Part shown: positions 45,487-54,457 of the stretch, one piece after another | Numbering within the stretch: the stretch's first letter is position 1 | Layout of the letters: every line of letters starts with the position of its first letter | Assembly: GCA_963710755.1 (NCBI GenBank) | Contig: CAVQBK010000003.1 | Coordinates: 1,056,001-1,120,000, forward strand | Length of the DNA: 64,000 bases | Direction: 5' to 3' | Source of the DNA: an uncultured bacterium | GTDB taxonomy: Bacteria > Oederibacteriota > JAAXVQ01 > JAUVAV01 | Translations under genes and position numbers: made by a program | Notes under the pieces: generated by a model | The model's database searches: none | What the model was told of the DNA's origin: nothing | What the model saw: only the letters and a program-made list of their open reading frames with translations

Positions 45487-46437
45487 CGGCAGCCCCGACC
45501 GGATAAGATATTATAGGAAAGGGACGCCTGCGGCAGCCCCGACCGGATAAGATATTATAGGAAAGGGACGCCTGCGGCAGCCCCGACCGGATAAGATATT
45601 ATAGGAAAGGGACGCCTGCGGCAGCCCCGACCGGATAAGATATTATAGGAAAGGGACGCCTGCGGCAGCCCCGACCGGAGCAGATATTATTATGGCAGGG
45701 ACGCCTGCGGCAGCCCCGACCGGAGCAGATATTATTATGGCAGGGACGCCTGCGGCAGCCCCGACCGGAGCAGATATTATTATGGCAGGGACGCCTGCGG
45801 CAGCCCCGACCGGAGCAGATATTATTATGGCAGGGACGCCTGCGGCAGCCCCGACCGGAGCAGATATTATTATGGCAGGGACGCCTGCGGCAGCCCCGAC
45901 CGGAGCAGATATTATTATGGCAGGGACGCCTGCGGCAGCCCCGACCGGAGCAGATATTATTATGGCAGGGACGCCTGCGGCAGCCCCGACCGGAGCAGAT
46001 ATTATTATGGCAGGGACGCCTGCGGCAGCCCCGACCGGAGCAGATATTATTATGGCAGGGACGCCTGCGGCAGCCCCGACCGGAGCAGATATTATTATGG
46101 CAGGGACGCCTGCGGCAGCCCCGACCGGAGCAGATATTATTATGGCAGGGACGCCTGCGGCAGCCCCGACCGGAGCAGATATTATTATGGCAGGGACGCC
46201 TGCGGCAGCCCCGACCGGAGCAGATATTATTATGGCAGGGACGCCTGCGGCAGCCCCGACCGGAGCAGATATTATTATGGCAGGGACGCCTGCGGCAGCC
46301 CCGACCGGAGCAGATATTATTATGGCAGGGACGCCTGCGGCAGCCCCGACCGGAGCAGATATTATTATGGCAGGGACGCCTACGGCAGCCCCGACCGGAT
46401 AAGATATTATAGGAAAGGGACGCCTGCGGCAGCCCCG
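45487..46437. repeat. Tandem array B: 4 x 44 bp + 16 x 45 bp + 1 x 44 bp, same family as array A
   Basis: 44-bp CCCCGACCGGATAAGATATTATAGGAAAGGGACGCCTGCGGCAG at 45493-45668 and 46389-46432; 45-bp CCCCGACCGGAGCAGATATTATTATGGCAGGGACGCCTGCGGCAG at 45669-46388. Confidence 0.97.
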
Positions 46438-46493
46438 GTGAAAGATACCAGAACCAGACGCCTCGGTTCAACGGCAAGGAAAAGGATAAATCC

Positions 46494-46994
46494 ATGCATC
46501 AGGCCAAGCCTACCCGCTTAAAAATTGACCAAATGAAGTTCAGCGATATTGACAGTGTGCTCTGGGTGGAGGAAAGCTCTTTTCGTACACCCTGGTCCAG
46601 GCAGCTCTTTGAAGAAGAGTTTAAAAGTCCTGAGCGTAGTCATTATTTCGTGGCTAAAGTTGATGATCATGTCGTAGGGTATATGGGCTTTTGGTTGATT
46701 CAAGATGAAGCACATATTACTAATCTGGCTGTTCACCCTGGCTTTAGACGGCATCATATCGGAGAGCAATTACTTCAAACCACGATGATCTATGCCTATG
46801 CCTTGGGGGCCAGGCGGGCAACCCTGGAAGTACGGATAAGTAATGAACCAGCTAAGAAACTATACCAAAAGTACGGATTTAATAACATTGCCATCAGAAA
46901 AGGGTATTACAGTGATAATAGAGAAGATGCTCTTATCATGTGGCTAAATGACATGTCCTATTTTTCACCTAAGATACCGGATGGTCGCCAATAA
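46494..46994 (+). CDS. rimI: Ribosomal protein N-acetyltransferase RimI
   Basis: [49 protein letters not shown]. Confidence 0.95.
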   Translation: MHQAKPTRLKIDQMKFSDIDSVLWVEESSFRTPWSRQLFEEEFKSPERSHYFVAKVDDHVVGYMGFWLIQDEAHITNLAVHPGFRRHHIGEQLLQTTMIYAYALGARRATLEVRISNEPAKKLYQKYGFNNIAIRKGYYSDNREDALIMWLNDMSYFSPKIPDGRQ

Positions 46995-47010
46995 AAATGG
47001 GCAATTAATC

Positions 47011-47039
47011 TTGACTAAATTAATGGCGGATGTTAAAGT
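47011..47039 (+). promoter_or_regulatory. sigma70-type promoter of the cold-shock gene
   Basis: TTGACT-17 nt-TAAAGT with TGn extension. Confidence 0.6.
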
Positions 47040-47094
47040 TTGTGCAATGGCCCTGGGCCTTAAAATCCTAATTATAGGAGGATGGCAGATAGGT

Positions 47095-47307
47095 ATGCCA
47101 GTTCAAGGAAAAGTAAAATGGTTTAACAACGCAAAGGGGTTTGGTTTTTTGGAACGGGAAGGAGAGAGGGACGTATTTGTGCACTATTCTTCCATTTCCG
47201 GAGAGGGGTTTAAAACCCTTACACCAGGAGAGACTGTGATGTTTGAGATTATCGAAAGCCCAAAAGGCCCTCAAGCATCCAATGTTTCAAAGCCAGATCA
47301 AGTCTAA
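47095..47307 (+). CDS. Cold-shock protein (CspA family)
   Basis: [14 protein letters not shown] (RNP1), DVFVHYS (RNP2), KGPQASNV. Confidence 0.96.
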   Translation: MPVQGKVKWFNNAKGFGFLEREGERDVFVHYSSISGEGFKTLTPGETVMFEIIESPKGPQASNVSKPDQV

Positions 47308-47344
47308 CCCTAATAACGTCAACGACCCTATTGTAGTATAAAGC

Positions 47345-47375
47345 ATGCCGGATGGAATGTCTGTCCGGCATTTTT
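47345..47375 (+). terminator. Intrinsic terminator after csp
   Basis: ATGCCGGATGGA-ATG-TCTGTCCGGCAT then TTTT. Confidence 0.75.
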
Positions 47376-47402
47376 GTGTCCAAAGCAGTTGAGGTGCCAA
47401 AA

Positions 47403-48404
47403 ATGAATCATTTGAGCAAAATCATAGCAACACTGGTGCTTATCTTGGGCTGGATCCCGGGATTGACAGTGGTTTATGGAGAGACGGATTCAGGAATGGT
47501 TTTCCAGAATCAGCCTGTGACCATAAAGATAGCCACAACCCGGCCTGGGCAAGACCAAGCCGCACGCAGCGCCTGCCAGCAGGAATTGCAGCGCATCGAA
47601 AGTACATATGCAGTACGGATTCAGGGCAGCAAGGTCAATCATCTTAATCAATACGCAGCCCGTAAGCCAGTGGTGGTGGATCAGGAGACCATGGCACTTT
47701 TGACCTGGGGGAAATCCTTAAGCACCCTTAGCCAGGGCCATTTTGATGTGACCACAGCAGCTTATCTCTGGCAGTATGGGTTTGGCCAAAAAAATTACCG
47801 CGTGCCCAGTCAGCTAACCTTGGACCAAATGAAACCTCTAGTGGGCAATGCACTGATCGTGTTGGATCACAAAGATCAGATAGTGCTGTTTAAGCGCGAT
47901 GGAGTACAACTGACCCTTGATCCGCTTCTGAACAATTACGCCTTCGCACAGTTAAGTAGCATTTTAAAACAGTATCAGGTCAAAGTTGCTGGCATTAGTA
48001 TTGGCCAGAATTTTTTGGCCTTTGGTACACAGCCTGAAGGCAGGCTGTGGCAACATCAGCTTCGTACTACCTGGAAGACGGCTTTGTCCTTGCCAACGCT
48101 CACTTTCCGTCAGGGGCAAGTATTGGTGGCCGACACCTACAGCCACTCTTTTCAAAAAAAAGGTCAACGTTATCCTGATATTGTAGATCCCAAGACCGGG
48201 CTTCCATGCAACTATAGCAAGATGGCTGTGCTTTTCAGTCCCAAGCTCACCCGGGTGACCTTGGTGCCGGCCGTGCTCTTAAGTATGCGCCCTGAAGAAG
48301 CGGTAGCACTGGTGGACAAAACACGTGAACTCGCTTGCCTGGTTATTGATAGCCAAGGCAAATCCCATAAATCCAAAAGCTGGTTCGATTACGTTCAGCC
48401 TTAA
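47403..48404 (+). CDS. ApbE/Ftp-like protein with degenerate catalytic motifs
   Basis: Signal peptide; S.VN.LN..A...PV.V, SQGHFDVT, YPDIVDPKTGLP; DLGGIAKG and ATSG motifs not recognisable. Confidence 0.7.
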   Translation: MNHLSKIIATLVLILGWIPGLTVVYGETDSGMVFQNQPVTIKIATTRPGQDQAARSACQQELQRIESTYAVRIQGSKVNHLNQYAARKPVVVDQETMALLTWGKSLSTLSQGHFDVTTAAYLWQYGFGQKNYRVPSQLTLDQMKPLVGNALIVLDHKDQIVLFKRDGVQLTLDPLLNNYAFAQLSSILKQYQVKVAGISIGQNFLAFGTQPEGRLWQHQLRTTWKTALSLPTLTFRQGQVLVADTYSHSFQKKGQRYPDIVDPKTGLPCNYSKMAVLFSPKLTRVTLVPAVLLSMRPEEAVALVDKTRELACLVIDSQGKSHKSKSWFDYVQP

Positions 48405-48452
48405 AGTCAGGGCATGTGTTTTTGAGCATTCAAAGGTAAAAAAGCAAACCGC

Positions 48453-48481
48453 TTGACCGTCCCTCTTCTTTTTGATACATT
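48453..48481 (+). promoter_or_regulatory. sigma70-type promoter of the pur cluster
   Basis: TTGACC-17 nt-TACATT with TGn extension. Confidence 0.5.
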
Positions 48482-48559
48482 ATAGCCTCTTTTTTATCCC
48501 GTAAAACCTAACCTGTCTTCTTGTTGGGTAATATTCATTGCTAAGGAAACCTGAATTTC

Positions 48560-49852
48560 ATGATTGAGCGCTATACTTCAAAAGAAATGCTGCATTTATG
48601 GTCGGAAGAAAGCAAACTGCAGTCTTGGTTGGAAGTGGAATTGGCCGTGGCCAAAGCACAAGCGGCTTTGGGGATCATTCCGCAGACAGCTTATGAGAGC
48701 ATGCGCAAAAAAGCCAAGATCAATGCCGAACGGGCAGCTGAAATCGAAAAAGTTACCAATCATGATATCATTGCCTTTGTCTCCTCTACTGCGGCATCTA
48801 TTGGACCAGCCGGCCGTTACCTGCATTTTGGCTGTACCTCGACGGATATCGTGGATACAGCCCAGTCCCTGCGCCTGCGCCGGGCCTCCGCCTTAATCGA
48901 ACTCCAGTTCAAACGACTTCGAAAAATTATCAAACAGCAGGCCAGAAAACATCGATTGACGGTCATGGTGGGACGCTCCCATGGTGTCCATGCCGAGCCC
49001 ATTACTTTTGGATTGAAACTGGCGGTGTTTATGGCGGAATTGCAACGTCAATGGGAGCGTTTTGCGCGGGCAAGAAAAATGGTGGAGGTGGGCATGCTCT
49101 CCGGGGCGGTGGGCACCTTTGCCAATCAAGATCCCCGGGTGGAAGCCAAGGTCTGCAAAGAATTAAAACTGGAAGCGGAATTGCCTTCCACGCAGGTGGT
49201 ATCCCGTGACCGGCATGCCGATTATCTCTGTACTTTGGCGCAATTGGCAGGAACTTTGGAAAACATCGCCGTGGAAATACGGCATCTGCACCGTACTGAA
49301 GTGAGGGAAGTGGAAGAGTTTTTTGCCAAGGGCCAAAAAGGCTCCTCGGCCATGCCTCATAAAAAAAATCCCATTATTTGTGAACGCATCACCGGTCTGG
49401 CCAGAGTGATGCGCAGCTATGCCATGGCGTCTTTGGAAAATATGGCGCTGTGGCACGAACGGGATATATCCCATTCTTCGGTAGAGCGTATCATTCTTCC
49501 CGATGCCACGGCCACTATGGAGTATATGCTCAAATTGACGGGGAATGTGCTTGAGAACATGGTGGTGTATAAAGACCATATGAAGGCCAATTTGAATTTA
49601 ACCTTTGGCTTAATCCACTCCCAGCAAGTGTTGCTGACCCTGGTCAAAAAGGGTTTATCCCGCGATGATGCCTACCGGCATGTCCAGCGTCTGGCCATGA
49701 AAGCCTGGGAGGACAAAACATCACTAAAAACCCTGGTTATGGAAGACAAGGAATTAAATCGATATTTGTCCGCAAAAGACCTGGAAGAATGTTTTGATTT
49801 GAGCTATCATACCAAGCATATTGACAAGATCTTTAAAAAACTCGGAATTTAA
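48560..49852 (+). CDS. purB: Adenylosuccinate lyase
   Basis: MIERY, HDIIAF, GRSHGVHAEP, GSSAMPHKKNP, WHERDISHSS. Confidence 0.98.
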   Translation: MIERYTSKEMLHLWSEESKLQSWLEVELAVAKAQAALGIIPQTAYESMRKKAKINAERAAEIEKVTNHDIIAFVSSTAASIGPAGRYLHFGCTSTDIVDTAQSLRLRRASALIELQFKRLRKIIKQQARKHRLTVMVGRSHGVHAEPITFGLKLAVFMAELQRQWERFARARKMVEVGMLSGAVGTFANQDPRVEAKVCKELKLEAELPSTQVVSRDRHADYLCTLAQLAGTLENIAVEIRHLHRTEVREVEEFFAKGQKGSSAMPHKKNPIICERITGLARVMRSYAMASLENMALWHERDISHSSVERIILPDATATMEYMLKLTGNVLENMVVYKDHMKANLNLTFGLIHSQQVLLTLVKKGLSRDDAYRHVQRLAMKAWEDKTSLKTLVMEDKELNRYLSAKDLEECFDLSYHTKHIDKIFKKLGI

Positions 49853-49959
49853 GTCACCCGTAATACCAATCAACCGGCGCCCCCCTGAGGGTGTTTGGCG
49901 CAAGGTGGCGGTCAACAGGCCGAATACATCATTTCATTTTAAATCAGGCGGTGTGTACC

Positions 49960-50232
49960 ATGCCCAAAACAGCAACAGCACAAGAATGGAAAATCGAAGT
50001 CTTTGTAACCTTGAAACCCAGTGTTCAGGACCCCCAAGGTGCGACCATTGCACGGGAATTAAACCATATGGGGTATAAACAGTTGCGTCAAATGCGCATG
50101 GGTAAATATTTTACTTTGAGTTTTGACAAGGCTCTTTCCAAAGCGGAAGTGGAAAAACAAGTGAAACATATCTGCGATAAGGTTTTGGCCAATCCGGTGA
50201 TCGAACACTATCGCTACAAAATAAACCAATAG
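49960..50232 (+). CDS. purS: FGAM synthase subunit PurS
   Basis: [26 protein letters not shown]. Confidence 0.95.
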   Translation: MPKTATAQEWKIEVFVTLKPSVQDPQGATIARELNHMGYKQLRQMRMGKYFTLSFDKALSKAEVEKQVKHICDKVLANPVIEHYRYKINQ

Positions 50233-50261
50233 ACTCAGTACAAAAGAAAGTAGGTCGACCG

Positions 50262-50966
50262 ATGAAATTCGGGGTAGTGGTATTTCCTGGTAGTAATTGC
50301 GATCATGATTGTTTTCATGTGATTAAAGAGGTCCTGCATCAGCCGGTGCAGTTTTTTTGGCACGAAGAAAAGCGCCTGCCTGCCCTGGACTGCATCATTC
50401 TACCCGGAGGCTTCTCCTACGGCGATTACCTGCGCACCGGGGCTATTGCCCAGTATTCGCCGGTCATGACCGAGGTTAAAAAACATGCGGCCCGCGGCGG
50501 CGTGGTGATCGGCATCTGCAATGGCTTTCAAATTCTCTTGGAAGCGGGTTTGTTGCCCGGGGCCATGCGCCGCAACCGCGACCTGCATTTTATCTGCAAA
50601 TATGTTCATCTTCGTGTGGAATCGCAAAAAACGCCCTTTACCAAAATGTTGGATAAAGGCCGGCTGTTAAAAATACCGGTGGCCCATGGCGAGGGCAATT
50701 ATTTTTGCGATAAGAAAACCCTGGCCAGCCTCAAAGCCAACGACCAAATTATCTTTCGCTATGCCGATGCTCAAGGCCAGGTCAATGACCAGAGCAACCC
50801 CAATGGTTCTATCGATAATATTGCCGGTATTTGTAACGAACGGGGCAATGTTCTGGGCATGATGCCTCATCCGGAACGGTGTATGGAACCGGAGATGGGC
50901 TCAGTGGATGGCAAGGAATTATTTTTATCGCTGTTAAAGGCGGCTCGAGTTCGCAGCAAACGCTGA
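50262..50966 (+). CDS. purQ: FGAM synthase glutaminase subunit PurQ
   Basis: [38 protein letters not shown]. Confidence 0.98.
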   Translation: MKFGVVVFPGSNCDHDCFHVIKEVLHQPVQFFWHEEKRLPALDCIILPGGFSYGDYLRTGAIAQYSPVMTEVKKHAARGGVVIGICNGFQILLEAGLLPGAMRRNRDLHFICKYVHLRVESQKTPFTKMLDKGRLLKIPVAHGEGNYFCDKKTLASLKANDQIIFRYADAQGQVNDQSNPNGSIDNIAGICNERGNVLGMMPHPERCMEPEMGSVDGKELFLSLLKAARVRSKR

Positions 50967-50990
50967 TTAAGCATCCAAAGGAACAGCTTC

Positions 50991-53519
50991 TTGGTCTCAA
51001 AAAGCAAGTCCACCTTTTCACAAGCGAGTGGCTGGCACTGGCAAAAAAGCCTGGTGTTGCTGGTGCTGGTGATCTGGGGGGCAATGCTCCTTATCCAAAC
51101 CAACAAGGCTTTCCCTCTTCAGCTATCCTTTTTCCCCCTTCTATTCAATGTCAATCGTTTTGGTGATGTGAATCTCCTCCAGGTTGTCCACCATTGGCTT
51201 GGTCTGCTGACACTAGGGCTATGGTATGGGGTGTTCTTGCTTTGTGCCTATGGTCTGGGACGGCCTTTGGTCCTTTTGATTAAACGTACCAGCCAGACCA
51301 TCACGCCCGCTTGGATTTATGCTTTGGGGCTGGGCTTAGGCGCTATGTCTCTGCTCTCTCTGGTGTTGGGAAGTGTTCATTTATATTATCGAGGTCTGGT
51401 TATTCCGTTGACATTGACCGGTGCCCTGGCCGGTGGCTGGCAATGGTGGCACGGGCGGACTTCCAGATTAAAACCGGACTTTACCTGGGTCCGGTCCCTG
51501 ACCATGCTGGACCTCAGCTTACTCGCTATTGGGGTCATGGTGGTGGGATTTGCACTCCTGAATGCACTGGCGCCGGAAGTGTTTTATGATGCTCTGGTTT
51601 ATCATTTGGCAGTGCCCTATCATTATGTGCAGCATCATGGTATCTCGGTGATCCCCACCAATTTTTTCTCTAACCTTCCTATAGGCACGGAACTGCTTTA
51701 TGCTTGGTGCCTGCAGCTGGCCGATGAACGCCTGTGCCGGCTGCTGCATCTTACCATGGCGCTTTTAACGGGAGGCTTATTGATAAGCCTAGCGCAACGA
51801 TTTGTTTCCCGCCGTTTGGCACTATGGGCAGCGGTCTTGTTTTTGACCACCCCGGTGGTGTCCATGAATATGCTCGAGTCCGGGGTGGATGTGGCGGCAG
51901 CTTTTTTTGGACTCATGGCTTTTGATCGATTGCTAAGCTGGTTGGAACAGCAATCCGCTTCGGGTTCAACGGACAATTGGGCCACCATCATTACTGGGGC
52001 GTTTGTTGGGTTGGCTTTGTTTTTTAAATACACTAACGCCTTTATGCTGGCTCCGGCCGTACTTATCAGTCATGGGCTGAGACTTAAAAAGGAAAAAGCT
52101 CCTTTTCAAGCCGGCTTCAAAAGACTTTTACTCATGGGTTTGGCTGTAGTGGCTATTTTGATGCCCCTGTTTATAAAAAACGTGGTCATGACCAACAACC
52201 CGGTCTATCCCTTCTTGTTTAAAGTTATTCCCAGCAAGTTTATCAATCCTGTCAAGATGCAGCATCAAATGGATGAATTCAAGGAATTTGGCAAACGCAC
52301 CTGGACTCAGCTGATTAGCCAGCCCTGGACCTTGACCTTTTACCAAGCCACCAGCAATTCCTTTATTGGTGTGGTTTATTTGTTTATGCTGCCAGGGCTG
52401 ATGATATTGGGAGTTTACCGGCGCCGGGGGCCTCCTTCCTGGCAATTGATGTTTTGGACAATCATTTTGGGAAGCTTGATTTGGACCAGCCAGACCCAAA
52501 TCATGCGTTATTACATTCCATTGCTACCTGTGTTATGTTTGCTGATTGTGATTTTATTGGAGCGCTGGCAGCAATGGCATATGCTCTCCGGCACCTTGGT
52601 CAAGGCCGGTGTGGTAGTGCTGACTCTGTGGGGAAGTCTGACTTTTATGGGAATCGGTGTGGCTAACTGGGATCCTGTGGGTGTGACCTTGGGTCTGGAG
52701 TCACGGGCAGCCTATTTAAACCGGAAACTCATGAACAGCTATGCCGTAATGGCGGACGCTGTCAATCAACTGCCATCCCGCAGCAGGATTTTGATTTATG
52801 GTGACAGCCGTTCCTTCTATTATAAACGTGATGTCACCACGGCCACAGTGTTTAATGACCACCCTTTGATTAAGGCCCTAAGCCAGCACCAAAGCGCAGA
52901 ACAAATATGGCGTTCCTGGCGTGCTCAAGGGTACACTCATTTTCTCGTGTTTCATGGAGAAGCCCAGCGGCTGCGGGGGTATGAATCCTACCAATGGGAT
53001 GACCAGGCTTTGAGTACCTACCAGGTATTGACCAGTCGATATATGGTTCCGGTCAAGATTTATCAACAACAGATCCTCTACCGCCTGGAGGATCAGCCGG
53101 TTCTGCAACTTCCAGTGAAAGCCGGACAGCCCTTATTTACGGTTGCCATGGATATTCTTCAGCAGGTGCAAGTGTTGTTGAATGCCACTGCCCGGCAACA
53201 GGACCCCAGTCAAGAGATGAGCCAGTGGAAAAAAATTCAGACCCTCGTACCCGGCTGGTGGGTACCCTATCAAGTGCTGGGATGGTACCACGCCCAGCGC
53301 CGGGATATGGCCGAAGCTTACCGCTTATATGCCCGGGCTGATGCCCTGGGATGGCTTAATCCCCAAGGGTATTACTTTCTGGGAATCATGGATGCCCGTT
53401 CCGGGCACTATGCCCTGGCGGCCAGTTATCTGCAGGCAGCCTTGGCTCAAGCACCGGGATTTACGGCAGCGCAGCAGGCTTTAAATCAAATTCGGGAAAT
53501 GACGCCGGGGTTGAAGTGA
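50991..53519 (+). CDS. GT-C-fold multi-pass membrane glycosyltransferase (ArnT/PMT-like) with C-terminal TPR
   Basis: Many TMs; PEVFYDALVYHL, GLA..KY, KN..MTNNPVYPF, RYYIP; TPR-like tail. Confidence 0.75.
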   Translation: MVSKSKSTFSQASGWHWQKSLVLLVLVIWGAMLLIQTNKAFPLQLSFFPLLFNVNRFGDVNLLQVVHHWLGLLTLGLWYGVFLLCAYGLGRPLVLLIKRTSQTITPAWIYALGLGLGAMSLLSLVLGSVHLYYRGLVIPLTLTGALAGGWQWWHGRTSRLKPDFTWVRSLTMLDLSLLAIGVMVVGFALLNALAPEVFYDALVYHLAVPYHYVQHHGISVIPTNFFSNLPIGTELLYAWCLQLADERLCRLLHLTMALLTGGLLISLAQRFVSRRLALWAAVLFLTTPVVSMNMLESGVDVAAAFFGLMAFDRLLSWLEQQSASGSTDNWATIITGAFVGLALFFKYTNAFMLAPAVLISHGLRLKKEKAPFQAGFKRLLLMGLAVVAILMPLFIKNVVMTNNPVYPFLFKVIPSKFINPVKMQHQMDEFKEFGKRTWTQLISQPWTLTFYQATSNSFIGVVYLFMLPGLMILGVYRRRGPPSWQLMFWTIILGSLIWTSQTQIMRYYIPLLPVLCLLIVILLERWQQWHMLSGTLVKAGVVVLTLWGSLTFMGIGVANWDPVGVTLGLESRAAYLNRKLMNSYAVMADAVNQLPSRSRILIYGDSRSFYYKRDVTTATVFNDHPLIKALSQHQSAEQIWRSWRAQGYTHFLVFHGEAQRLRGYESYQWDDQALSTYQVLTSRYMVPVKIYQQQILYRLEDQPVLQLPVKAGQPLFTVAMDILQQVQVLLNATARQQDPSQEMSQWKKIQTLVPGWWVPYQVLGWYHAQRRDMAEAYRLYARADALGWLNPQGYYFLGIMDARSGHYALAASYLQAALAQAPGFTAAQQALNQIREMTPGLK

Positions 53520-53540
53520 TCATTAAAAAAGGAGTGACGC

Positions 53541-54239
53541 ATGCGCGTAACCGTTTTGATTCCAGCCAAAAACGAACAAGCCACTATCAGTGAGCTTTTG
53601 CATCGCGTACGCCGGCAAGGTGAACTCGAGGATCAAGAAATCATTGTCATCGATGACGGCTCCACCGACGCCACGGCTGAGTTGGTAAAGGGTTTTCCGG
53701 AGGTTAAGTTGATCCAGTTGGAGTGCAGCCAAGGCAAGGGCCATGCTTTGCATCAGGGTATCCGGGCCGCCACCGGGGAAGTGATCTTGATTCAGGACGC
53801 AGATCTGGAATACGATCCCAGTGATTACCCCTTCCTGCTGGCGCCCTTTGGTGATGACCATGTTCAGGTAGTCTACGGATCGCGCATTCTGGGCCGGCAA
53901 AAGGGCCGGTCTGCGCGTATTTCTTACTGGCGCTATTATTTGGGGGGGCGATTTCTATCTTGGTTGACCTCTTTTCTCTACGGTGCTAAAATGTCCGACG
54001 TTGCTACTGGTTATAAGGTATTTAGAACCGACTTGCTGCGTTCCCTGAACCTTAAACATAAGGGTTTTGACTTTTGCCCTGAAGTAACCGCCAAACTACT
54101 GAGCAAAGGACTCTCCATTCTCGAAGTCCCGATTTCCTACACACCTCGTTCCATCGCCGAGGGCAAGAAAATTCGCTGGAGAGATGGACTGATCGCCATT
54201 TGGACATTGCTTAAATACCGACTGATAAAATTTAATTAG
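53541..54239 (+). CDS. GT2 polyprenol-phosphate glycosyltransferase (DPM1-like)
   Basis: IPAKNE, IDDGSTD, GKG.A, IQDADLEYDP.DY, VYGSR, EVPISY.PR..EGKKI. Confidence 0.92.
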   Translation: MRVTVLIPAKNEQATISELLHRVRRQGELEDQEIIVIDDGSTDATAELVKGFPEVKLIQLECSQGKGHALHQGIRAATGEVILIQDADLEYDPSDYPFLLAPFGDDHVQVVYGSRILGRQKGRSARISYWRYYLGGRFLSWLTSFLYGAKMSDVATGYKVFRTDLLRSLNLKHKGFDFCPEVTAKLLSKGLSILEVPISYTPRSIAEGKKIRWRDGLIAIWTLLKYRLIKFN

Positions 54240-54457
54240 GTTTTGTTGTGGAAGAATTTATTAATATTCCACACCCAGAAATGGTAGATATTTTTTCCGG
54301 GCATATGGGATTCAGGCAGGAGTCAAGTCGTTATGACCAAGGATAGTTTCCCTCGCCTTCGTCCTCTCTCAAGAGGAGGGGAAGTTTGTTTTAGGAATTC
54401 AAACCTATTTGGCAACAGAGACTATTTAGAATATTGCAGGTCATGGAGGATAAAGTT

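Noticed and set aside
25826-46437. CRISPR or TIGR-like guide array interpretation of the two repeat arrays
   Set aside because: Linkers between cores are identical copies of two types, not unique spacers; no cas or Nop-domain gene in the window
45599-46495. Cys/Arg-rich minus-strand repeat protein (CSGRGCRRRPCHNNI)n as a metallothionein-like gene
   Set aside because: By-product of the DNA repeat; the same frame in array A changes a Cys to Trp, and it is antisense to the operon
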